NCBI GenBank assembly: GCA_003427395.1
Contig: BFEA01000014.1
Span: 2,394,517-2,440,458, forward strand
Direction of reading: 5' to 3'
Source of the DNA: Chara braunii
Lineage: Eukaryota > Plantae > Charophyceae
DNA length: 45,942 bases
This document shows, piece by piece, positions 1 to 9,284 of the stretch. Below the pieces are notes generated by a model, which made no database searches, was not told the DNA's origin, and worked only from the letters and a program-made list of their open reading frames with translations. The translations under genes were made by a program, and so were the position numbers. Each line of letters starts with the position of its first letter. Positions within the stretch are counted from its first letter, which is position 1.

Positions 1-1159
1 TTAATCGAGCTCTTTTGGTAGCATCTTGCTCTTGTGCAAGCCCGTTTTTCATGGACTTCCAGGCTTGATGAGTTTGTGAAATTATCTCATCATTGAGCAC
101 AACTTTAGCCTGTGGAAAGTCAAACGTTTGTTGGTTTCTTTCATGGGAGGACCTCATCCTCCAGGCCACCATCAGAAGCGGAAGTCTCATGTATTGATGT
201 ATGTTGAGTGCAAAGGGCGACCAGTGTGAAAGATCCTCGTTGTCCTGCCCAAAGAGAAGGGATAGGACATTCCAGGGAGGATGATGTCCCGTAAGGAAGT
301 GGTAGGTGGCGTCCCACCATCTCCATACGCGCACCACCATTGGGCAATCAAGGAGGCAATGTTCCAGTGTCGCTCTCTTTCTGGGCACACTCGTTTCACA
401 GAAGGAACACAACGGGGAGATTATGCCTTTGGACTCGTAGTCCGTTCTGTCTGTTAGCCAGTCCGGGGTAGGCAGGCATCGATGGATGATCTGCCACTAG
501 AGCGCCCTGTAGTTGGTGGGTTTAATGTGGGAGTAGTCAGACCATTTAAAGAACCGGAGATCCTCTTTATTTAAGGGGGAGTCTCTTTCCCAGCGCTGCA
601 TTATTTTGTCCATGGTATCTATGGGTTTTCGAGCCGCTCTATACCTCTTCTTAACCGTGTATTGCCATGGGTCCATAGTCTTATCTTTCCCCCACTTCCA
701 CTCCCATTCAGCAGGATCAAATGGGAGGTGGGGGATAGAGATGGTGGATTCATACACGTAGTGGATTTCCTCCTCGTCTTGCAATACTCTGACTCTCATG
801 TAGGAATCCGCTGCCTGATCTTGTCTGTCTAACTCTTGTGTCTGTTTCAACAGGCAGATTTGGGGAAAAGGCATGGAGGCCTATGCTGTTGTGGCTATGG
901 TTAACCTGTGCCACTCTATACACAGTCATTGGTACTGGTAGATCGTCCATATTAACCACCCAATCCCCTTCAACCAGCATGGGCCCAGCCTTAAGCGTTT
1001 TGATCCAGGCTAATGGTATTGATTCCTGTAGCTCTAGTAATTCTTGGGCGATGGAGGGCATTTTTCCTATTCGTTCCTGGATTTCTTCCACCGTCACCCA
1101 GTTTGTGTTCTGCGTATCCCATACATCGGCTAATGTAAAGACTCCTCTTGATGTATTCC
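1..1159 (-). mobile_element. LINE (L1/Tx1-like) ORF2 C-terminal fragment, frameshifted (LINE-1)
   Basis: Minus-strand pieces GVFTLADVWD..WIKTLKAGPMLVEGDWV, LPFDPAEWEW and the zinc knuckle CSFC..LEHCLLDCP..VWRWWD (~310-410) match the ORF2 C-termini of the other LINEs in this window. Confidence 0.85.
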
Positions 1160-1160
1160 A

Positions 1161-1300
1161 GGGACGCTGGACCCATTTTCCAGCAGGTGACACTCCCCAC
1201 CAATAGATGGAGCGGCTGGTGAGAGGGCTACTTGGCGGGGTGGCTCCTATCCCGGCCTCCCAAGCAGTCTCTGACTCTCTGTAAAATAAATAAGAAATAA
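1161..1300 (+). mobile_element. Short retroposon 3' end: double-pseudoknot motif, long hairpin, A-rich tail
   Basis: Motif at 1161-1213, hairpin at ~1222-1279, tail AAAATAAATAAGAAATAA. Confidence 0.7.
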
Positions 1301-1972
1301 CTGCGCGGGTGACTGCTGCACGGTTCCCAATTCGTAGGAAGGAATAACAGTAACAGGGCACTCAGTCTCCGGTTATGGGTCGAGGGAGGGCAGTTAGAAA
1401 CTGCAAAAACAGAAGTTACAGAATTGTTACAGCTTTGTGCACTTCTAGCCATTGGAAGTTCGGAAGTGGCAAAATCAGGTCGCCACTCGTGTTGTTTATT
1501 TTTATTTTTTTTTCCCGCGCCTGCGACTTTTTTTTTTCTTTTCCTGCGCCTGCGGCATTTTTTTTTTTCCGCGCCTGCGGCATTTTTTTATTGTTTTTTT
1601 CTCTGCGCCTGTGGCGTTCTTTCTTTTTTCGCGCCCGCGTTTTGTTTTTTTTTTTGCGCGCGGCCATTGCTAGGCCACGGCCGAGGTGTCTACGCCGCAC
1701 CAGTGGCTGGGCCATGGCCGAGATGTCTTGGCCACGCCCATGGCTGGGCCACGGCCGAGATGCCTAGGTCACACCCCTGGGGAAACGACCAGTACCGGTA
1801 CCGGTACCTCCCATTTTTCGCCAATTGTTGAACTGGCAGGACCGGTCCCGCTACCGGTACCTGTTTTTTTTGCAGTTTCGAGTTAACTTTCGAACAGCAC
1901 TGCGTTCAGATTGCAGTCCGCTGTTATTCCCCACTGCGAATTTGGAACTCTGCGGCGGTCACAGCCGCAGTT
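1299..1972. mobile_element. Non-autonomous TIR/foldback element (MITE-like)
   Basis: 1299-1350 is an imperfect reverse complement of 1921-1972. AACTGCAAAAA (~1399) mirrors TTTTTGCAGTT (~1867). The interior has T-rich GCGCC repeats and GGCCACGGCCGAG / ACCGGT repeats. No clear TSD. Confidence 0.55.
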
Positions 1973-3019
1973 TTCTCTTTCTTTTCTTTTGGCCAAGAGT
2001 CTATGTTTTCTCAGTTTGGTACTTGTACGTTGTGCCTTTTCCCTTGCTGCTTTGTGCTGTTTGTCTACCCACCCACCCACCCACCCACCCACCTCCCTGG
2101 TGTCCTTCACCCTATTTGCCGTGTAACCGTGTGTTCTCCAATGCCTTGCTGCCTCCCCGCCTTTTGCCTCTTTACATTTTGCCTCTTCTTTTTTTTTTCT
2201 TTTTTTTTTTTAACAAAACCCGGGTTTACTAAAGGCACTGGTAAGCCTTTGCATGACATTCCCTGGACATATCTGACTGCTGCCACTGTACCTCGGAGTC
2301 CCCTGTTTGTTGGTTGCTTTTTATATAATATTATACCCTGATCACACACACTGTGACACACACACTCACTCACTCACTGCTTTTTTCTCAGTAAGACAAT
2401 CTGGCTATCTGGGTAGGGCAAGGACTCAGGCATGAAGGCTGTAAAACCGAACACCGTTCTCCTTGACATTGTCTGTGAGTGTGCAGTTGCTGTTGTCCCC
2501 AATGTCCTCACAGTTGCTGCGGGTTGTCGGAGGGTATACTGACAGCCTGAGGGAGTTTCGAACACGGTTGATGTTTTTCTGCAGCTGCCGCTGTTTGTCG
2601 AAGGGAACCTGTTCGAACGTCGAATTTGGGCAGCAACTTGTCTGGGGGCAGCCAGAAAAGAGGTCTGCCCGGTAGAGGGGCAGATCCTGTGGGCCCAGTT
2701 GTCGACAGCCAGCCCCTGGGCACATAGTTGGGCACCACAGGACAGGGACATATGCAAAAGAGAGGCCTGTCATATGCCTACTGGTAGTATCCAGCCTCTT
2801 CAACAAACTGCCCTTCAAAAAAAAAGAAAAAGAAAAAGAAAACGAGAGGGCCATCACACAATACCCCTCTCTTTTAGGGGTATCTGACAAAATTATAGGG
2901 TATTTCCAAAACGAAGGTGGACATTGCGGCAGACATTGGTTTTGGAAATACCAGGCCTTTCATCATTGGGCATCTCACAAAGTTTTGTCATTCTTGTGAT
3001 TGCATGAGGATTCAAGTTT

Positions 3020-3108
3020 TTGTTTTTTTTCGTTTGTGTGAGTGTGTGTGTGAAGGCTCCATCTAATGGTCGGGAGCTGCACCTGCTGAGAACTGGGCCT
3101 AGTGTCCC
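3020..3108 (-). mobile_element. Short retroposon 3' end with a degenerate double-pseudoknot motif
   Basis: Motif at 3056-3108 (minus) followed by an AC/A-rich tail. Confidence 0.6.
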
Positions 3109-3241
3109 AATATTACTTCTTCTTCTTTTTTTTTTTTTCTTTTTTTTTTTCAAAAGTCCCCTTCGGGTTACTAGGGGTGCCATGGATCTGTAATTTGAAG
3201 AGGTTACCGTAGGAAACTCGTGTTGTCCAAACCATGTTGTT

Positions 3242-3646
3242 GTTGTTGTGTTTTTTTTTTTTTTTTTTTTTTTTTGAATAGCCTCTCGAAAACCCACTAT
3301 CCCGGCGGTGGTGAGAGAACCGCCAGGTTTGAGGGTTTGCCCGTTGGGCTGCTCCATCTATTGGTGGGGAGCTACACCTGCTGAGAACCGGGCCCAGCGT
3401 CCCTTAAGCCACCAGTACCTCGCTCAGCTATTGAATCCGAGCCTCCCAGCACGCTGCGCGCCAAGTCCTGCCGAACCGCCGTCGCAATTTTCTTTTTCGT
3501 TTTGCCTGCGGCCTCCAGCCAATGCGGTCCGGCAGGCCGAAGCCCAAATGGCGCGGCGCGTATACGGGAAGTGCCGCGGCCGATAGCTGGGCCAGGTAGT
3601 GGTGGTTTAAGAAACAGACATGTGGCACTGAGGGTACCTTATGTTC
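3242..3646 (-). mobile_element. Short 5'-truncated retroposon with poly(A) and a candidate 12-bp TSD, interrupted by a MITE
   Basis: Motif at 3351-3403, hairpin, poly(T) at 3251-3275 on plus. AACCATGTTGTT occurs at 3230-3241 and 3647-3658. Confidence 0.65.
3408..3606. mobile_element. MITE flanked by TTAA
   Basis: The left end GCCACCAGTACCTCGCTCAGCTAT and right end ATAGCTGGGCCAGGTAGTGGTGGT are ~24-bp imperfect inverted repeats. TTAA lies at 3404-3407 and 3607-3610. A solo copy of the TIR plus TTAA is at ~29346-29372. Confidence 0.7.
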
Positions 3647-3899
3647 AACCATGTTGTTTGTATCGACCGGCGCTGATCCCACTTCAGTCACCCCTCGTCT
3701 GTGACGATATCATTTGTGTCATTGCTCTTAAAGCCTGCCTCACCAACTTCAAGCTTGTCCCTCCCACCTTCTTAGTCCAGTTGCAGTTGCAGTTGCTTGT
3801 CTCTTGTATTCTGTGCCGAAGCCATTTTGTGCCTTTACTCTTGACCCCTTCCCTACAGTCATCAAGCTTATTAGTCATTTTGTAGCTCCTCTGTTCTGT

Positions 3900-5426
3900 G
3901 GGTCGTTGCTGGCCGCATCCTGTCGCTGATCTGTTGCGACCAGGAGGCTGCCAATCCCAGATAGGCCTGCACCGGAACGAGTGGAAGAGATCCTACGCCA
4001 ACCCCTTTTTGGGAACAGGGCAATTACGGACAGGCAAGGAAGAGTTTTCGCTAGCTCGGACCCCCACTGGGCCTCATGGGTCAGGCAAGAACTTCTTAGA
4101 GTGGGGGATATATGGGACGAGGCAACCAAAGAATGGAAAACGGCCCAACTGCTACGACCCTGCCTACGTTACGCTCGCAAGCTGGCGGACGCCCTGGACC
4201 ATTTGATGTTTTGGATTCCCCTTGCATGGGTGGTGACCCTAAGAAAGGGCCCGTTACTACAAGATCAGGATTGGGTAGCAGTAAGGGTAGCGAACCCCCC
4301 TTTGCAAATTGGCACAATAGTGGAAGTTAGACCAGAAGGGGCCATGGTCAACCTTTTCAAAAGAAGAGGGGATGACACCCTGGTCCGCTACCACCCAGAC
4401 TCGGTCCAATGGCATGAGAAGACCAACCTCTACCGGATCCGGGTTGTGCAGAGCCATAAGGAAGAGAGGACTCAATGGCGTGCCTACCTACCAGAAGTAC
4501 CCCCGTCCGCTTTAGCCCTGGACCCTCTAGAATGGCAATGGGTTAGGGGACAGAATGGACAATCTGTGCACCTCTCTGAACTGTCTGTAAAAGCCACTTA
4601 TAGGATGATCAAACCCTGGGTCGACATCCGGGCAGGAATAGAAGAACGATGCCAGAAACACCTCGGCCTGCAGAGGGATCAAGTTAGAGGGCTGCAGTGG
4701 TTCAGAGGGGTGAAAGAGAGACCAGCAAAGAGGTCCTCTCTACAGTGGCAAATCTGCCACAGATGCCTCCCCACCAATGATTGGATTATAGATTGGACGA
4801 ATCTGGAGCAAAGGGGGGCCGCACTCCTATGGTGTAAATTCTCTAATGCAGGTTCCCGACCCAAAGAATATGCGAGACAATAGAATACATTTTCCTCCAA
4901 TGTCCGGGAGCTACCCTGCTGTGGCGTTGATGGGATCACATTTTGTCCCAACTGGGCACCAATGAGGAGTGGCCATGGAAATGGGAAGCTCTTCTGCTGG
5001 GACAGTGGAGCAGGCCACAAGCATCACGCTTCGCCAACAACCTCTTTACCATATCTACAAAGGCGATGATCTGGACCTTGTGGACAAGAAGGTGCACATT
5101 CGATCAAGAAGGGGCCAGAATGGAGGAAGGAGAAGTGGCGATTACAGTTACGAAGACAAAAATAAGAGCACAATGGCAAAGAACTCAGGGAAAAAATGGA
5201 AATTCTCCCACAGATATTAGACATTATCAAGGAAATCCACACCAGGTCCTTCTGCGCAGAATGGCGGGGGGGGGAAAGGAGGGGAAGGATGGCTCAGGTA
5301 GAATGGCCTGGGGAAAAGGGAGATGAGGGGGGAGGCAGCGACTTCGCCAAGGACTACAAGCTCAGATTCCACGGCTGGCTGCAAGTTGACCCCAGCATTC
5401 CAATGAAAAGCCCTGCGGATTTCTGA
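3900..5426 (+). mobile_element. LINE ORF2 C-terminal fragment (LINE-2), 5'-truncated and frameshifted
   Basis: ORF 3981-4883 (RQPLFGN, GDIWD, LDPLEWQW, LQWQICHRCLPTNDW) continues into 4943-5326 and 5196-5426. It is colinear with the 9285-10790 region of LINE-3. Confidence 0.88.
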
Positions 5427-5504
5427 GACATGTTCCCTTTGGCAGCCACAACCATAGTAGAGAGGCAATGGCTTGGACAGAAGTAGAAAAAGGGGGTGGC
5501 TTAG

Positions 5505-5666
5505 AATTATTATTATTATTATTATTTTATTTTATTTTATTTTTTTCTCCAAACAGCCCGGGTAACTGCTAGAGATGCTGATGTGATCAGGCAACACTAG
5601 CAGTTCCTGGGTGGCTCCATCTATTGGTGGGGAGCAGCACCTGCTGGAAATCGGGTCCAGCGTCCC
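5505..5666 (-). mobile_element. Retroposon 3' end: double-pseudoknot motif, hairpin, A/(AAT)n tail
   Basis: Motif at 5614-5666, hairpin at ~5557-5611, tail at 5505-5546. Confidence 0.7.
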
Positions 5667-6806
5667 TGTAAAACATATTTGAGTTCCTCAGTTGGAAGTC
5701 ACCATGCGAGCATGTGATATCAGAGTAATCGTAAGAGATCATAGTGTACATGTGGATGATGTGAAGTAGGCTATAACCCGTGTGAGCATGAAGTTAGTTG
5801 TAAGAGCTTATCATGTTCTGGGCGGTGGGCTGTCGCCCTGTCCGCATCTAGTAGATCCTGGTGAGTGTTTATGCTATTGACATGCACAGTTTACTAGTCA
5901 TTTTGATGCTATGTGTTCTACTGTTGCCTAGTGTACTGCAGCTGTTGTGAAATGGGCTATACTTTGTCCAGCACTCCAGTTGTGCCTATGTGTAGTTGCT
6001 GTGACAGCTGTTTCCCCTGTCATTTGTCCTGTATGGGGTCAGTTGTAAGAGCTTGTCAGATTCTGAGAGGTGGGCTATCATCATGCCCCCATCTAGTTGG
6101 TCCTCATGAATATTTATGCAATTAGAATGCACTTAGAATGCACAGTATGCTGGTCATTTTAGTGCAGTGTATTCTACTATTCTCCTTGTACTTGGTGATG
6201 CTGGGAACCAATCGAGCCATAGTTAGATGCAATTCTGATCTGTTTGTCTTTGCTGCTGCTCCGAACACTGAGGTTGTTGTTGTTGCACTCCGTCTTTCAT
6301 TGATACCCGACCCCCGGCCGGCCACTGAGATTGTAAGAGAGTGGGGCGAGAGGGGAGGGGGGGGGGGGGGGGGGGGGGGGGACGGAGGGGTTGTGAAGTC
6401 AGAGGTCGGCCAGTTGGGGAAAGCTGGGAGATTTCTGAGAAGAAACTATGACTGTGAGATGTCAAAGGGGTCGGGTACGAGGACGAAGTCGGTTGGTTGA
6501 AAGGGGATGACGAAATGGATTCTTGACGAGACCTGGGGAGGAAGGAATTAGTGTGCAACACGAACTAGCTTCATTGGGATCTCCATATTTATTTCTTGAG
6601 CCCTTTCCTCCCTGAGATCTAGCCTTAGTGGATATGGATTGGTATGGTCAGGGTGATGGGTAATTCATAAGTTGCTGGATAATTAGTTTTTTCATTCACC
6701 TGGGTAGATACTGCTAGAGAGATAGGCTTATCTGGTGGCTCAATCGGGCTGAAGAGGCAGGTTTCTACTTTCACCTCACAATGTCCTGTTCTGAATAATC
6801 ATGTAA

Positions 6807-6902
6807 GGGACGCTGGACCCGTTTTCCAGCAGGTGTTGCTCCCCACCAATAGATGGAGCCAGCCCAGGGGGTGCTAGAGGTGTCTGCTCCTATCAGCACT
6901 CC
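6807..6902 (+). mobile_element. Retroposon 3' end with the double-pseudoknot motif, cut by an opposing poly(A)-tailed insertion
   Basis: Motif at 6807-6859, then a half hairpin resembling the one at 20410-20460, ending at the T-tract 6903-6917. Confidence 0.65.
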
Positions 6903-7156
6903 TTTTTTTTTTTTTTTATAGAAAGCCCTGGTTGTTGTAGAGACCGGACTCCGGACACACGGGGTTGCCGACACAGCTATTGGCTCTCCTGACACTCTCT
7001 TATTCACCGTAAGACCACCTCCTTACCCATCCTCTCGGCAATTCTCCTAGCGCACCCCTATCCCTACCATCCTACCTCAGTATTACTACTCAGGACTATC
7101 ACCATGGTATTTCAGAGGGCGACTTGGACCAGACAGTAGTTCTAGGCACCGGGGCT

Positions 7157-7590
7157 AGGCTGGACCAAGCGCGAAGCCTTGAGCCCCTCCCAGCCCCAGT
7201 TGAGGCACAGTCAAGCAAGCCACGTTACTCAGGTACATCGGGCGCCAGGCTCTAGTATTATGTCTGCTTCACCTACCAACCCCCATTCTGGCATGTGTAT
7301 ACTATATATATGTGTGTCGTATTCTGGCATGTTTCTCCTTTCTACAGATGTCAGATACTGAGGCTGGACAGGGCCAAGCGCGAAGCCTTGAGCCCCAGCC
7401 AGCCCCAGTCATGTGTGTACGTGCTATCTGTGTGTTATCCATGGTTCTCGATACCGAGGCCAGGCAAGGACAAGCGCGAAGCCTTGAAAACCCCGGCCTA
7501 CCCCCAGTCATGTATGTGTATATGCCACGGTTCTAGATACTGAGGCTGGACAGGGACAAGCGCGAAGCCTTGATCCCAGCCAACCCCAGC
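7157..7590 (+). repeat. Four degenerate repeats with core GAGGCTGGACAGGGxCAAGCGCGAAGCCTTGAxCCCAGCCAxCCCCAG
   Basis: Copies at ~7157, ~7360, ~7456 and ~7542. The spacers are themselves related (CATGTGTxT..TTCTxGATAC). Confidence 0.8.
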
Positions 7591-7982
7591 AGTAGTGCGG
7601 ACCCCCACCAAGCCCCCATTGAGTTCTGTATATATATGTGTAGGGTTGTATTGTCATATGAATGGTGGGCCGGTCTGTGCAAGAAACCGCCCCAAAGTCT
7701 CTAGCCAGACTCGAACCCACACCCTGTGTTGTGTAACTACAATGCCCTATCTTATGTGCTGTGTTCTGAATTGATGCCAATGTATGGAATGCCAGAACAG
7801 GGGAGAATCTCAGAACAATCAATAGCTACGTCAAGCAACCCACGCATAGTCAAGACCCAGCATACAACAACCAGGACTACCCCTTGGGTGGTGCGCAGGC
7901 AGTGTCTGTAATAGTACCATGCGTCAGCCCAAGGGGATGTGTGTCCAGCCGTGCGTCACTCTAACGCCCTGCCGGTGTCCAT

Positions 7983-8069
7983 GCGCAAGGCTGCGGAGTT
8001 TTGAACCCGCAACCTTATACCACAGTGCGCATTTCCAACAGGTGCTCTAACCACTGAGCTACATCGTGC
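7983..8069 (-). pseudogene. tRNA-derived sequence (SINE head or tRNA pseudogene)
   Basis: Minus strand has A-box TAGCTCAGTGGTTAGAGCA and B-box-like GGGTTCAAAACTCC. The acceptor and anticodon stems are imperfect. Confidence 0.55.
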
Positions 8070-9284
8070 AAGGGAATGTTCAAAAAAAAAAANNNNNNNN
8101 NNNNNNNNNNNNNNNNNNNNNNNNNNNNNNNNNNNNNNNNNNNNNNNNNNNNNNNNNNNNNNNNNNNNNNNNNNNNNNNNNNNNNNNNNNNNNNNNNNNN
8201 NNNNNNNNNNNNNNNNNNNNNNNNNNNNNNNNNNNNNNGGAACAAAAGCTCCAATCTATTCGTGGGGAGCATCACGTGCTGAGAACTGGGCTCAGCGTCC
8301 CTTTGAAGTACAACTGAGAATATGTAACACATTTGAAATTCCAGGGCCATTGCCCGGCTTTGGCTAGGAAAACAATCAGTCAATTACCTATGAGAAACAA
8401 CTGCAGTTCTCAGAAAACTGCCTAGGATCTACCCAATCACAATCCAAACCTGGAAGCAGAAGATCCTAACTAAAACCTCCTACTGTTTACACCTCCCTTT
8501 CAACAAGCGAAAAATGTGAAGTCCAATACCAGACTGTCGAATCAGAAGCTTTTTTTTTTTTTGTTGAGCTGCTGGGAGGAAAAACCTCTTCGCCTTATAC
8601 CTGGCGCCAAATTTCTGCAGCTGACGGCCTAGTCTTCCCCCTGCAGGCCTGATGAACCGCTCCACCCTGTGCCCGGCTGTTTTTCCGCTGCAGGAGCCTC
8701 TCTTTTTGACAGTGTGGCACATAGGGGGAAAGTTGAATGGTGACTGGGAAATGCCTGCCAGCATTGATTGCTCCAGGGTCCAGAGGATTAACTGAGCAGG
8801 TGTGACTGTGACCTGGACCGTGGTGGTCCCCTTCTCCCTCTCCACCCCTGTGCCCGGTCAGGGTTCCGGGAAGGGCCACTGGGGGGCACCAGTGACCTTC
8901 CGTCTCCCTGCCCCGTTCCCCAAAGAACCTACTGTCCTCCACCTACTGACCGGCGGCGAACTTGAAGTGTTGCAGAATGAAGCAGAACTACTAAAATGGG
9001 TGGCCCAGATTGAAATGCACGAATACTGAGGCTGGAAGACGAGACTTGACACAATCAGACAGACTGCAACACAGAAAAGCAAAAAGGTTGAAAAAACTGA
9101 CAAAACAGACTTTTTACAGAGTGAACATAGTCTGAACAAACAAACACAGCATGTCCAAAACCCGAGCGACAAGGCGAACAAAAAACAAAAAGGTTGAAAA
9201 ACCGGACAAAACCAGACTCTTGTATTTTTGGAATGTATGTGCAGCATAGTGCCCCACCTATCATTGAAGATAAAGAGTTATCCA

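Noticed and set aside
750-1361. Single 203-aa gene
   Set aside because: It is a chimera of the antisense 3' motif (SIYWWG..QRP, also seen in other spurious ORFs) and LINE ORF2.
5614-6859. Inverted motif pair as DNA-transposon TIRs
   Set aside because: Each copy continues outward into its own hairpin or tail. Two back-to-back retroposon 3' ends explain it better.
7157-7590. Repeat-spacer pattern resembling CRISPR
   Set aside because: The repeats are degenerate, the spacers are unequal and related to each other, the context is eukaryotic, and there are no cas genes.
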